From Eledone cirrhosa (taxonomy: Eukaryota): DNA of 64,000 nt. The notes beneath the pieces are model-generated. The model saw only the letters and a program-made list of their open reading frames with translations. It was not told the origin of the DNA and did no database searches. Location of the stretch: assembly GCA_964016885.1 (NCBI GenBank), contig OZ024745.1, positions 56,606,001-56,670,000 on the forward strand. Reading direction: 5' to 3'. Every line of letters starts with the position of its first letter. Within the stretch, counting starts at the first letter, position 1. The position numbers and the translations under genes were made by a program. Of the stretch, positions 12,418-26,663 are shown piece after piece.

Positions 12418-13577
12418 AAGCACGCTGTATGACAGTGCCTCTACGACTCCACAAGGAGTTATGGGATCTTTATCCTTATCCTTCTTTTATAATATATGCA
12501 ATTCATATGATTTTTGTATTTTTCAACTTCTCATTTTGTAACTTCTTCGATATATGATATTCGTTTATATTAATATAATAATTATTTTCTTTGTCACTCT
12601 ATTTAGGTATTTATTTATAACGTCCAAATTACTGTTAGATTTATCAAATCTAAGTTAACTCAATGGCAATACTAACATCAACCTGACAGTTGACTAACAC
12701 AAAATTGGTACTGAAATACCACAAATATTATTTACATTGGAGTTGACTTATATATCATAGTAATATGTCTTATTCAATATTACATATAGCACATGAAATC
12801 CGTTTCGTTTACCATTGCTTTAATCGAGTAACATTTGTGAGTAATAGATATAAGTAAATCTGTTAGAGACGCAGTGACTAACAACAGAATGTTTTAAGTC
12901 TGCGTGTCTGACATATATGCGTAGCTCGTGAATAAAAGATTTCAAGGGGTTTCCCTAGCCGTGGTGATCACTGCCAAACATCTTTTGTAATGTATCGTCT
13001 TATTGACTAATTTCATCGTCTTATTGGCTAATCAACCAATGAGAGTAATTGTTGCTCAAAAGCATCCGCAACTTTGTTTACACGTTTATTTATCGTTTCG
13101 CTTTCGAATCTTCCTTCTGTATTTCGTCGTCGATAATCAAAATATTTTTCTCGTTTTGGTAAGTTATATAGTTAATTTATATATGATTTAACTATGTTTT
13201 TTCAGTTCGTTATAACATGCTTATAATATTGGTTGTATCATATTTACTTTTATATTTAACCATATTATTGTTCGTTTTATTATTATTATGTTTGATTATT
13301 TTTTTTTTATTATTTTTTTATTTATTATTACTATTTGTATGTAATATTTAATTTTTATTAATTCAACTATAACAATTATTATGTAAAATATATTTATTTA
13401 ATATTGATTGATTTTTGTAGTTGTTTATATTAAAAGTCTGAAAATAGTTTTATACATCTTACAATAATATTTATAAGATCATTTATAAAATAAAAATTAT
13501 ATAATCTAATTACATTACAACGATAATTTATTACTATTAACTAGAATTATTACAAGCGTTGCCTTAAAAAATATTAA

Positions 13578-14023
13578 ACTAGAGCTGAAAAATGCGCAAG
13601 CTCAATGGAGCCACAGAATGTTATCATAAACCTTCAAAAGTGTGGGACTAGAGTTGTAGCTCAAAAATATTGTAATCATTATCTATCGTACACTCTGTGG
13701 CATCCTTTTATAAAAAAGCGACTCATAACGAACTCAAGACGACACGATAATTATTTAAGTGAATTTATAATATGAAATTCGGTTTAAGTGCATTTCGTAT
13801 TAATCATTACTAAACATCTAATATGAGATATTGAACATTAGCTTAAATAATTATCGTGTCGTCTTGAGTTCGTTATGAGTCGCTTTTTTATAAAAGGATG
13901 TCACAGAGTGTACGATAAATAATGATTACAATATTTTTGAACAACAACTCTAGTCCCACACCTTTGAAGGTTTATTATAACATTCTGTGGCTCTTTTGAG
14001 CTTGCGCATTTTTCAGGTCTAGT
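13578..14023. repeat. Long inverted repeat: 182-bp arms, 82-bp spacer
   Basis: 13578-13759 versus the reverse complement of 13842-14023, about 9 mismatches by eye. Termini are ACTAG...CTAGT. Confidence 0.92.
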
Positions 14024-14337
14024 AACATATGCGTCTAAATCTGAGCTTAGGTTTGTTGGTATATAGGCGAAATATACAGTTACTGAAATTCATTTAGTGA
14101 CATAACGATAACATTTCCGAATAGGATGGTTAAATGTTGATATAGTACTATTAACATTTAAAAGATGAAAATATAGCTTTTCGAACGAGTCTTTTATTTT
14201 GCGGTCGCAACATGAGGTGAATCGAAAATTAAGGTGAGAGTCAATAAGCATAAAAATATATAGACACACACACACACGCGCATATATATATATATATATT
14301 TGATTAGCAAGCATCTCTCTCTTCACACACACACACA

Positions 14338-14419
<82 letters not shown>

Positions 14420-14429
14420 TCACACACAA

Positions 14430-14462
<33 letters not shown>

Positions 14463-15059
14463 GTAATATAATGGGAGAAAGATATGAAGTGAGAGAGAAG
14501 CAGGAAAATAGACAGATAAATAGATATAGATATAGCTGCATATATAGAGAGAAAGGAGACATATTTGTTGAATAATTCTGACTGAAAGAAAGACTTTCCA
14601 CTTTTCTTCTTTTCATTAATCTCCCCATGATTCACATATTGAAGTAATCTGATCGAATATAATCTTTTATTTTCGGAAACATACGGTTGTTATCCTTAAT
14701 GGGTCATAAAACCTATTCTCTGTTTATTTCTGTAAATTTCCTGTTGGGAGATATCCAACATTGATCTCAATGTATTCTGAATCACAAAGATTATCTTTCT
14801 ATCTCTTTTATGTTTTTATGTACACATAGGTGTTACGTACGCACAATCACACACCAAACACGAATACAAGCACCTACGCGCACAATCAACCCACTAATAC
14901 TCAAGTCTGAATCAATATGTATATGTAGGTGTGTCTGTATGTATGTATTTATGTCTGGAGTTGTGCTTGACTGTGAGAATGTTCGAACGTCTGCGCAGCT
15001 TTTACTTCTATAAATATTTCTTTTCCTACCACACACACATACACACACACACACACACT

Positions 15060-15108
<49 letters not shown>

Positions 15109-15970
15109 GCATGTAATAGAGGATGGTCATGTTAAAACAGCTTCGATGGCAATATGGGAAATGAACCAGATAGTGTTAAATTCAGCCAAGTTTATATCCC
15201 CGGGGGCGGATATGTATGTTGATTGACAGGTGTAGCATTGCTGTAGGGACATGAATCGGTGAGAGACATTAAAACATATGTATAATATATATGCGGCAAG
15301 AGTAAGATGGCGATGGAACTCTCATGTCATCAATAATTGATAATAAGAGTTATATAGTTTATATAAGTTTTCAGATATACAATACAGTTTTCGTTTCTCA
15401 CGATCAACTGCTAACATATAGCTGAGAGATTCTGCCATGCTTTAGATAAATCTGGTGCATTACATATTCATTTCTTAGGCCTTTGACAGGGGCTGGTTTC
15501 TGGACTCCTTCATACATCAAAGGAAAGAAGGAGTTGCTGAATGGATTTTTCAAGCTGATTGAGTCTCTCCCTTCATATCCCAAACTGAAAATTGTCTTGA
15601 ACGACTACTCTTCTAAGTGTTTCCACGTGAATGCAGGTGTCCATTAGGTCTCCATCCCGGGTCCTATAGCGTTCATTATTTTCGTCAATGATGCTTCTGA
15701 TGACATGTTTTCTCAGATTGGTATCAAGGCTGATGTTACAAGTCTCTATTCTTGTCCTAATAGTAAGTCTAATATGTTTGATGAAGTGGAATTGGAAGCT
15801 GATCTATAATATGACCCTCAACCTGTTGTTATGTCGAGCAAGAAATGGGATGTGAGCTTTAATGTATCTAACACAATCTGATAAAAGCCCTAGAAAACCA
15901 CTTTTGCCTTCCATTAATGTGACTGATGATATCCTCCATGAGAATTTCAATAATATATATATATATATAT

Positions 15971-16110
15971 AACGAAGGAAATGTGGTAAGGAACCAGGTG
16001 GACCATAACGCACCAAAGTACTCAATACTTCGGGTAGTAGAGTGGGTAATAGGAACCAGTAAGACCCCGACGGCTGAGCTCAAGCCGTTTCGACGGCTAA
16101 TTCTGAACTA
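15971..16110 (-). mobile_element. Penelope-like terminal-repeat fragment (family P1) carrying the 3' half of a hammerhead
   Basis: Homologous to 32722-32865 and 52195-52373 and abuts (TA)n. Minus strand reads GAAACGGCT-tgagctc-AGCCGTC (stem III plus GUC). Confidence 0.6.
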
Positions 16111-16204
16111 AATATATAAAGGAACGATCGACTTTCGTCAAATCGGACCGACGAAACAATCTTTCCGTTGGTCTTTCCAATTGCTAATACTATCTATCGG
16201 TCGC

Positions 16205-16339
16205 AACTCCAGGTAGAAGGAGCAATGTGAAATAAAGTGTCGTGCTCAAGGACATAACGCATCGCCTGGTCTAGAAATCGAACTCATAACCTTACGATTG
16301 CGAATCCAATTCTCTAACCACTCAGCCACACGCCTTCAT
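16205..16339 (-). mobile_element. tRNA-derived SINE family B, 5' part
   Basis: Minus strand: A-box TGGCTGAGTGG, B-box GAGTTCGATTTC, then CORE/V-like TGTCCTTGAGCACGACACTTTATTTCACATTGCTCC. Confidence 0.75.
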
Positions 16340-16352
16340 ATATATATATATG

Positions 16353-16403
<51 letters not shown>

Positions 16404-16580
16404 GTATATATATATATACATTTTGGCTCTACATGGCTGAATACAATAAATGTAACCTGAGGTTTTCGAATATTAATAATAACATTCGATTAGTTTGCAA
16501 TTATGCAAACAAGCCTTATTTTTAAAGCCATCTCAGTAGAATGAGCCCCTCATTCTTGCTCTTGTGTTGGCATGTAAACA

Positions 16581-16637
16581 GAACTGCGGACACTAATGTT
16601 TCTGGGTATTACCCTTCATCAGTACAGCTCACAGTTC
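16581..16637 (-). ncRNA. Type I hammerhead ribozyme motif
   Basis: Minus strand: gctgta-CTGATGA-aGGGT aat ACCCa-GAA-ACA ttag TGT-C-cgcagt. GUC cleavage triplet. Stem I is imperfect at its first pair. Confidence 0.6.
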
Positions 16638-17759
16638 ACGTGCCAACTGTCAGAGCTAGTGAAAAATAATGATATTTTCTAAAATATACAGTGACTGATT
16701 GGCCTGATTTGCATATTAGCAGACTGGCTGATCAGTCAGATCTGCGTATTATCAGATCCAGTGATCAGCCATATTTGCATATCAGCAGACTGGCCAGTCA
16801 ATTTCCTGTATACGAGCGATTAATGGCCGGCTTTGCCATATTTAAATTAAAAAAAGTAAGTATTGCACCAAGCAAAATATTAAAGTTGGCGTGATGCATG
16901 GTAATAGCTTGTTGCCTCCTATTTCAGAGTATAAATAGAGCTGCAGTATGGCAGTTTTCAGCTAGGTTCTATTTATTAATCGCTTATTATACGCAGGTAG
17001 TTTCTTCCCTCACGCATCTCACCTATGGAATTCTCTTTCCTTTCCTGACCACACTATTTGCAAATATTTTAAAGTAATATCAAATATCACCTTCTCTCAC
17101 CTTGGATTATATTGTATCTGCATTGTCGTTCCCGCTTCTCGGCAATCATTTGCATTTCAGTGGATTTATAGTTTTAATAGGGATGTGTAAAAAATGAAGT
17201 TAAAAGCCATTTTTATGGAATCGATTTTGTCTGTTCACATATAAAATTGTATTTTATTGGTCAGTTGTGCTATTAAAGTAATGTGTTGATTTAGATGTGT
17301 CGCCATCTGTGCTTCTGTTTTGATCCTGGTTGTTGGCTTTGGTTCAGCTGTCATTGTCTTTAGCTTAACAGTGTGGTGAATATATGAAAAACATATTTTT
17401 GCGAATCTTATTGGATATAGGTGTTGCGTACGCAGTATATATTAGGGGAGTTTTTTACTGTGTGGTAGATAATTTAAGCCTTTTCTGTAGATTGCTGGAT
17501 TTTATTGTGGGTGTAATCTGTATCGATTTGGTTGCGTGAATAATTCTGTTAGCTATTGCTGAGGATGTCAATTATGAACCATTGGCATATTTATTATTAT
17601 GTTTACTATTGACGTTTTGTGTATGCATTTGGTTGTGTTCATATATATGTATACATACACACACACACAACTCACGCACAAACACTCACGCACACTAACA
17701 CGTACACACACATATACACACACATAGACACACACACACACACACACATATATATATTA

Positions 17760-19100
17760 GTGAAAGTAGAGGATCGACCGCAAGCTTCTGTTATTTTGGC
17801 TAGTTACATATTCTCTATTTGAAGTAATACGCCCACTCTGCATCATATCATGTACCGAGTACTTCTTTGATTTGTGGTCTTTTGCCTCACCGTACCAGAG
17901 ATTATCATATATATTGATGATCATAATTAATTTATGATATATATCATTAACTTTGATATCGTTATTGGATGATGTGGAGATCATTAAGTTGCTGACCACA
18001 TTGAACGCTTGTCGATTGCCTTGATGAATGTTTTCAATGTTTGCCAACTCATTACTGAATTCCATAGAGATATACTCTGATCTATTTAACCCCAGGAAGC
18101 CTCCTCCAACCATGTGGTAATATAGACATATATACTATCAATAATGTTTGTGAAAAACGGATACATTACCTCTTATTCCATTATATAATAGTTTACTTCA
18201 CGTTGGATTACATAGCATATTTCTCAAATAGAGAATGAAGCGAGGCGTACGTGGTGTAACCCTTTTGTTTCCAGTAGAACACCCACTCATCTATATAAAG
18301 TAACACATATCTATACTCCTAGTGATGTCTAGGATACCCCGATGACATCAATTTATCTGCTTATCGTTATTGAAAAGGCTAGCTCCAGCCTGTCACGGAA
18401 AATTTTATTTCAAATTCCATTACACAATGATATTCATTGATCACAACATTATGCAAAGATTGTGTCGTTCACCTCCTGATATTGGGGTGAGAGAAATGTC
18501 AATGTGTTTATATGAAGTACGTGACAATTGTTATTTAACACCTTAGTATAGAGAAGTGTTACGTAGAAAGACAAAATATAGTTCACATCACCTCTCTAGT
18601 ATTGTCCATCCATAATCAATGACACAATATCACTTACAGCGCATCGTGTAACAGGGGCTCCTTTATATTCATCAAAACCAAAACATCATTGTGAGAAATA
18701 TTTCTTTTCAAATCTTATCTAGTAAATTCAGAATTATTGTCTATCTAGCCTTATTTCAATATAGTTTGACCTACAATTATTTTAATACATCATATCGATC
18801 ACAGCATAAGCTCCATTTCTTTCTTCAAGTCTCTCTTTATATTTATTTATTTCTGTTTATCAGTTTTGTAAAGAGTTCTTCCTATATTTCGAAAGTTCTT
18901 CACCATGTAATTTATGATTGTCTACTAAAATGATTGCTGATATTTGTAGACCAATATTCATCAGGTCAATTATCAATCACATCAAATGATTCTGAATCTA
19001 GGTATTAAACTCCTATGCATTCTAAACTGATAGAAATCTGTTCTATCTCTGTTAAGACCAATTTAATCTATAATATCGGTGTCTAGCTTGCCGTTGGTTA
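17760..19100 (-). mobile_element. Highly degenerate Penelope-like RT/GIY-YIG remnant (tentative)
   Basis: Weak hand-translated similarity only (FYWKQK..Y..LHS resembles VYRKPT..YLHF.S; YGEAKDH resembles YIGET). Confidence 0.3.
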
Positions 19101-22100
19101 CATGAAACATCTCAGATTGATACAGCCCTAATGAGTACTAAATCAATGTTCTTCATAAAATGTTCACCTAAGCCCGATCACGAGGCACATAAACTGACAC
19201 ACTGTGCGTTGAGTATATTAAAGATCATTTTCTATAAAAAAAATGGTCGACAACATTGTGGTGGGAGAATTTATTTAGAGGGAAAATATTTACAACCTTG
19301 AGGTATATAATTATTGCCACCTCCACATTAAGTCAAACATATCTAATATTCATATCTTGTTTAAGACCTTTGATGATTTCTACACGCCGTAGATTAATAT
19401 ATGACGTTCTACATCAGCAGATATAGTTAAGAATTAATAAGATCAAATTTTGTGAAGCAAAAAAGACTTTGTATCTAATTGTCTTGCTCTCTTTCGAGGA
19501 TGACTGTTCACCAACTTTGATTCGGAGGATTCAGTTATGTGAGTCATTTGTTAAAATAGTTTTTCTCTTCGATTAGATGTTTTGTTATTACGTCCAGTTT
19601 TGTTTGTGTTTGATATGGCAGATATACATCAGTATTTGCAAACACATGAACCCCCTAGTCTCTGAATGTTTATATTCCACATATACTTTTATTTAAATTT
19701 AAAATTGACTGCATACCTCGCTATATTAATAGTTGGGAAATTGGAAACGTACTTCTAGATTGAAGATTGTATCTACAGTTTAATAAATTATATTTAATTT
19801 TCAACCGATTATATTTTTTCATGTGCCGAGAGATTATCATGATCACCATCATTCGATCATATTCGAAAATTTATTAAAACGTCACTCGACAATTCAGAAG
19901 CTGTCAATTTGGAGAACTAGTGGCTCTACCAGGAGCAAATCTAGATCTCCGAGCTACACAATTTATCAATGATGTTATCTTGAAATAATACACATAAGGA
20001 GAATGCCGCAGAATTCGAGCATAAAACACTGAATATAGATTTGAATCGGAAACAATTGTTTTGGCGATGTTTTAATTTTTACAACAATTAAATGTGGAAG
20101 ACCAATTTAGCTAGAGCGCTGCTAATGCAGTTAGAAACACGATAAATAATAAAAGAAGTTTGTCCAATTATCAAGTAGAACGAAAAGTCAAATCTCGTAG
20201 ACAAATTTATGTCTTAATCACTGCTAAAGTTTTTGCCTTCCCATTACTCATACACAAGATGATCTTGATTAATAGATTATCTTATGCCAGATTCGGAATA
20301 CAAAATCGATAGACAAACCATGGTCCGATTTTCGAAAGGAAAGTATAAGCAAATTTCTTTGTTTTTCGTTTATGTATCTAGAATATCATATGTTGACCTT
20401 CATCAAGAATAAATTCACCATCTGTTTTTATTCCAGTCAGTAACAAACATTATTTCGTTTTGGTATATCGGTCTATATATCTTCGTTTCACAGCAAAGCA
20501 GTTAATCAGGAATAGTGAGTTATTGGCAATTAAGGAACCAATGCCAAATAGAATTATAGACTTAATTAGCTGTTTCTCTTTTCCGAATTGTAAAAATTTG
20601 ATGAATAGCATTAAAAGATAGTCGAAAAATCAATGATAAAAAGAATGTCTCATTTTTCTATAAAAGGGTCTTATACGATATGTATTTCTTTTCCATTCAT
20701 TGCTTCATTAAAACATAAAGTGTGAAATATTAGGTATTGTTAACCTATTGCAAGGCGAGTTCGAATACATACATATAAATGATTACAGCGTAGGTGTATA
20801 CATTTGATGTGGATTTAAGTTATATCAGTTGATACATAAATACAATCACACACACAGAAACAAACAAATACACACACATGCACATGCAACTATATATATA
20901 TATATCTTAGTCAATGCACATATTCACAATGGACACAGGGAACAAACAGATACAACAAGTTCCATCCTTGCTCAAATATTGATTTAGGTATTCTGAATTC
21001 TGAACTACATTACCAAGTGTATTATATTTTAACACGGATGTTATTTAAGCGATATTTTGCTGCCTTTCCTCATAGGCTGAACGTCCCTATTCTGGTCCCA
21101 TTTCCTACGATGTTGTTGGTTCGTCACATATCATTCCTGGTTGAGCAGAGACATGACGACTATATTTCAGATATGAACATTACATGTTTTGTGTAAATAG
21201 GAATACATTGAATAACGCATCCTTTCTTTTATTAAGATGGCAAGTTGTGATTCGATAGAATTTTATTGCAAGCAATCATTGGTCGAGCGATCAGGTAGAA
21301 GCTCCTTTGTAAGATATCAGTGATAGTGTTGTCAAAATAAATAACACTTTAAACATTAATGATAGTAAATAATGGCATGGTCGCACCAGAGGTATTAAAC
21401 AGCTACAGAGATTGCTGCAAGCAAGACATAAAACTATGTATGCTATCAATATCAGGTTATGCAAACGTTAGTGTGCTAGAAAGCTAACATGTCCGTATAC
21501 ATTTTGTAAGCATTGAAGGACACCATATCTATGGTAAAACTGCAGGTGAATACTAATGATTGGTGCTTTGCTATTTCTGTTAGAGCAGTTAATATTCACA
21601 ATTCCATAAATAACAACGTATGTTTTGTTAGAGAAACGCTTTAATTATGTATTAACATGCCTGATATATACTAAAAATACATGATCGAAGCTTTTCTAGT
21701 TTTAACCACACTATCCTTTTGAATATACACCATTACCATTTCATTCATAAGCCAGTAGGATGTAACACCATTTTGGTAGGTCTCTTTGCAACACAGAAGC
21801 TCTCTCATTTGTTTTTGAGACCGTCGTTTTCAACAAATGTCCGAAAATGTGCTGTGTATGGATTCATTATCGTTATGGACATGTTAAAATATACCCCCTC
21901 CCTAGAAGTTAACAATAATCATTTCTGTGTTTCAGGTTGCTAGAGTTATTTTTGCTCTTACCTAGCTGCCTTTGTCTTGATGATTAACACGTGACACATT
22001 GACAGTTTTATCTAAAGTAATTCGTGCTTTACTATCTAGATTCCCCTTCTCTCTCACCATAATTAATTATCATTTAATTCTCACTTCACTTATTGATCGT

Positions 22101-23479
22101 CTTCTTTCCTCTATCTCAAAACTAGCAATTTATTCACTCAGCAACACCTCATAACATCTTTCACTAATGTATTGTTCTGCACAAAGTGGTAGACATATCC
22201 TGCTTTCCACTCCTAACTGCAAACCAATTGATTCCATTTTTGAACTGTGAATTGCACAAGCAATTATATTTTGTGAATTGAAATCTAATTAGTATGTGAC
22301 TACTTGCATAATTATCTGAGGCGAAAACTTTCATACCATGGAAGGGGATCTGCTTGTAAATTAATAATTTTGATATAAGCTAAAATATTGACGTATAGAT
22401 ATTTGTGCCATAGGAACTATGTAAATAAACTTTTGTTTTATCTAATTCCAATATGAAATTTATTCGTTAGCAGACTACTGGTATACACATGGTTTTCCAG
22501 TTACCTGTCAAAGAGAAACCAAGGTGAGGTGCTACTTATCCTTGATTTTTATTTTATTTTGATACAATGGATATATCATAGACTGGTTATGGTACCACAC
22601 CTCCTCTATCAGTGTTCGTGTGTTAAGATATTATGCATAGAAACCCCAGAAGAGATGTACGACGTCAACATTCAATTTAATAGAAACAGCAATCAAATCT
22701 TCCTTAAATTACATCATAATCTCCTTAAAATGAAGAAATTGAATAGTGTTATCCGTTGTATCAAACGCTCGATAAATCAAGGATATAATCTTGGAAAAAT
22801 TGTTATTGAATATTAGGCTTCGCGATTGAGTTTGAACTCGAACTGAGTAACAACATCTTAATGCATTGTAGCTATAAACAAATATTTTAACATATTTGAC
22901 AAAAAGAATACGATATAGGAGATTTCTGAATTTTTGTTTACATGCAGCCTCTTTAATATTCTGAGCCGGTAAATGGAAACCAACAGAAGAAATCTTTGAG
23001 ATCAGATGAATTAATATAATACCTTTCCTCTTCACATGTTCCTACTTTTTCACCTTACATTCTTTATAATCGGAGACGATGACAACGATCAAAAACTCCA
23101 TGCTCACCGCCACCTCATTCCCCACAACCATCTTAAGTTCCCCTCACATACACCTTATCGTAGGCATCATCCTATTTATTCTCATCTACATTCTGTCCTT
23201 CCTAATTGTCCTCTTTCTCCTCCTGCTCCTTGTCATCATCATCATTATCATCATTATCATTATCATTGTCGTCATCAAAATCATGTATCTTTCTTTATAA
23301 ACAAATTATTACTACGCACATTATTATTTATGTGGGGTTTAATCAACTCATATTTTATATCTCACTATATAATACATATTAGTACACCCGTAGCACCTCA
23401 GTGTTCCGAGTCTAGAATCATTGATAATAGAAGGAAATATTGCAAGGATAATAAACGTTCTGAACCAGAAGCCTGTCAG

Positions 23480-24463
23480 TTGTCTGGTTGAATTTATGAA
23501 TAGAATTACTATATGCTTATGAACATGATTGACATTCAGAGCCAGGCTGGAAGAGTTACCAGGGCTGAGAAATGTAAGATCAACGCTTGGAATTTGTTGA
23601 CCACATATTATTACATAACCTTTCAGAAGGTGATCTCCCAGAAGCGCTTGAAAGATTTGCTGTCGAGAGCTAACCAGGAGGAATGAAAATCATAGTGTGA
23701 TACTTGTCTTGTCAAAGAAGACTGTGGAGATCCATTGAAGTGCTGGAGATGTTCAAGTATCTCGAGGCTGTATTTACTCGTGGTGCAAGGCAGGAGGCTG
23801 CATTAAATGCAATAATTGTAGGAGCCGATGCAGTAATGCACTACCTTCATATCATATGGTGATCAGAAGAAGGAAGGTATGGGTAAAAGCCAAACTCGCT
23901 ATCTTCAATTCGATATTAGTGGTAACGCTTACCTCTTGTCATGAATTTTGGGCAATGACCGGAGGAATACTATCACGAACATAAGCGGGCGAGATGGGGT
24001 TCCCTCGGTGGGTCTTTCGAGTAAAGTTATTCAATAGAATGCATAACTCAAACGTCAGATTCACTCACGGTAGAGCCGCAACTTCTCCGATTTGAAAGAT
24101 CGCAGCTCCGATACAACGGTCACGTGGAAAGAATTACTGGATAGATGTTACGGGCAAAACGAACTGGCATGTGTCCCAGGAGTAGAACCCGAGCAATACT
24201 GTTGGATAACATACTTGAGATCCTGCTTGGTGCCCCAATCCGATTAATTGGAGACGGTTACATCTGACAAGACCCTCTGGAATGTGGGACTGAGGATTCT
24301 GCCCCCACGGCATTTCCAGGGAGGAGAAGAAGAAGAAGAAGAAGAAGAAGAAGAAGAAGAAGAAGAAGAAGAAGAAGAAGAAGAAGAAGAAGAAGAAGAA
24401 GAAGAAGAAGAAGAAGAAGAAGAAGAAGAAGAAGAAGAAGAAGAAAAAGAAGAAGAAGAAGAA
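23480..24463 (+). mobile_element. RTE-clade (Expander/Rex3-like) LINE 3' fragment with (GAA)n tail
   Basis: FKYL.AVFT and KAKLAIFNSI..LT..HEFWAMT..AGEMGF by hand translation. (GAA)n at 24325-24463. Confidence 0.7.
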
Positions 24464-24903
24464 CCAAGTACTGTATGTGCTAAGATCCACTGCCGTCCGA
24501 AAATCGGAAGTAGAGTTAATGATGATCTCAGCTTATATATAAAAAAAGATTGCAGCTGTTGCTCAATTCCAATGCAGTTGTTGACTTGTTAAGAATGTAT
24601 TATATAAATTTGATAAAATACATATTGATAAACAACTATCAGTATATTTCCTTTGAATCTTATGAAGTAAAATAAAAAAAAGGTCTTAAAGGCGTCTTCA
24701 CTTCTAGACCGCACGATATCACACATTTTGTGGTTATACCTAGATATATGTACAACAATTATTGAATCCAAATAAGTGTGCGTGGTGATGTAGTCGTTGG
24801 AAACAATGTGGCATTAATATAAAAAAATGAGAAGCGATGATCAGATACTGGGAGTAAACTAATTACACATTTAAACAAGCATATTGACTTGGAAGGGCAT
24901 CTT

Positions 24904-24976
<73 letters not shown>

Positions 24977-25274
24977 GTATCAATCTATTTATCTATCTCT
25001 ATGTCTATATATAAATCTAATTATCCTTCTATCTAACTATATATTGTTATTTGTTTTCTTTACTCGCCTTTTTGTGTATACTCCCCCTTGTATTTGTCCC
25101 CTTCTTTTGCGCCCTAGTGGCAATAAATAGAAATCTATATAACTATATATGCACGTCTTTATCCATGGTTTCGTACAAACACACACATATGTAGATGTAT
25201 ACCAAAACACACAAACACATCTGTATCTATCTATATATATATATATTAATACATTCTTAATACATTCTTTAATA

Positions 25275-25349
25275 AATTCTTTCTGATGATTGAAGACAGA
25301 CGTAAGTATCAAGCTCGTATGTCTTCGTGAAACCTTTGGTAAATGAATT
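25275..25349 (+). ncRNA. Complete type I hammerhead ribozyme motif
   Basis: AATTCTTT-CTGATGA-t-TGAAGACA...TGTCTTCG-t-GAA-ACC ttt GGT-A-AATGAATT. Stem I is 7/8 bp, stem II about 11 bp, stem III 3 bp, GUA cleavage site at 25339-25341. Confidence 0.75.
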
Positions 25350-25541
25350 AATTATCTTATGTCGTTTATTACATAACTAAAAAAAGCTCTTTAGCCTACA
25401 TAGAGCACTCTCTTTTCCTTTACATTTCCTACGGAAATACTTCATTTATACATATATATATACACAAGTGAGTGTCTGTGTAAGTATGCACACGTACACG
25501 CGCACACACACACATATATACATATGTAGTTGTGAATTATA

Positions 25542-25960
25542 TCGAACATTAATACTAACGGTCGATTCGTTTGTAGACAAACGGCCCGATTTGAAGGTGT
25601 GACCGATTGTCACATGTTTGTTAAATATTGGGTTTGAGGAGCAATCAACATTTTTCTGGATTTTTACCCGTCATCGGAACTGTATATATACCTCTGCCAG
25701 TCTGTTGAACGGTTGAAAATATATAGCATTTTCTTAAAGACACATCAGCTGAGTACCCTCATTTGCATACCGAGCGAGTTCGATACGGCTGACCTTACCC
25801 AGAGGTATACAGCCCTGATGAAGGGTAATGACCCAGAAACATCTTGATTGTTCCTCAAAGGCACTCTTGAACAAAGATGTGCCGATCGGTCACCAGCACG
25901 GCACAGCTTCAAATCGGGCCGTTTGTTTACAAACAAATCGAATATTATTATTAATGTTCC
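25542..25960. repeat. Diverged inverted repeat (~155-bp arms) containing a hammerhead core; inverted pLTR-like arrangement
   Basis: 25542-25696 versus the reverse complement of 25800-25960. The right arm has CTGATGA-AGGGTAATGACCCA-GAAAC, matching the 16581-16637 core. Confidence 0.7.
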
Positions 25961-25988
25961 ATATAACCCACACGCACATATGTATATG

Positions 25989-26030
<42 letters not shown>

Positions 26031-26081
26031 CGTGTGCATACTTACATTTATGTATCAGCTGTGCTAGGGCGAGGAATAACA

Positions 26082-26156
<75 letters not shown>

Positions 26157-26663
26157 TAATACACACACACACACACACACACAACCACATATATATATAT
26201 ATACCAAAACCTGTCAACTTGTGTAAAATTGTATAAGTATTTATATATTCCCATAAACTGACTTAAACAATCAGGTACATACGTCACGTAAAACATGAAT
26301 ATGAGTTTAATTGAGATAATTACGAGATGACAGGCATCTTTTCGTGGGTGTACAGGATTTAACATCCAAGAAGGAATTTTCAAGAATATAGACAACTGAC
26401 GTATATATGATGTAGCTTGCATTCCCCTCCGTAAATGGAGGAAATTTCATATCTACGATGTCATTTATATATCTAATTATGACTCTCTTTGAATTTAAGT
26501 ATTCAATGTAGTAATACAAGGTAAAATTTGATAACCCAGTTTGTTTTGATATGCTTTCCTGAAACAAATCTTCAAAAAACATATTTACATTAAAGCATGC
26601 GGTTGAATGTTGTTGTTAAACATATGACTGGTAGGTATTGGTACGCTATTAAGTATGGAATAA

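Larger units (their letters stand above)
15430..17190 (+). mobile_element. Degenerate CR1-group LINE (RT and 3' end), interrupted by younger inserts
   Basis: Hand translation ALDKSG..AFDRGW..VNAGV*..GP..FIIFVND (15430-15750) and SFFPHASHLWNSL (about 17000-17040). Confidence 0.6.

Noticed and set aside
24134-24592. Poly-E/F/L ORFs (also 56133-56658, 37509-37928, 34721-34995)
   Set aside because: Trinucleotide microsatellite artefacts.
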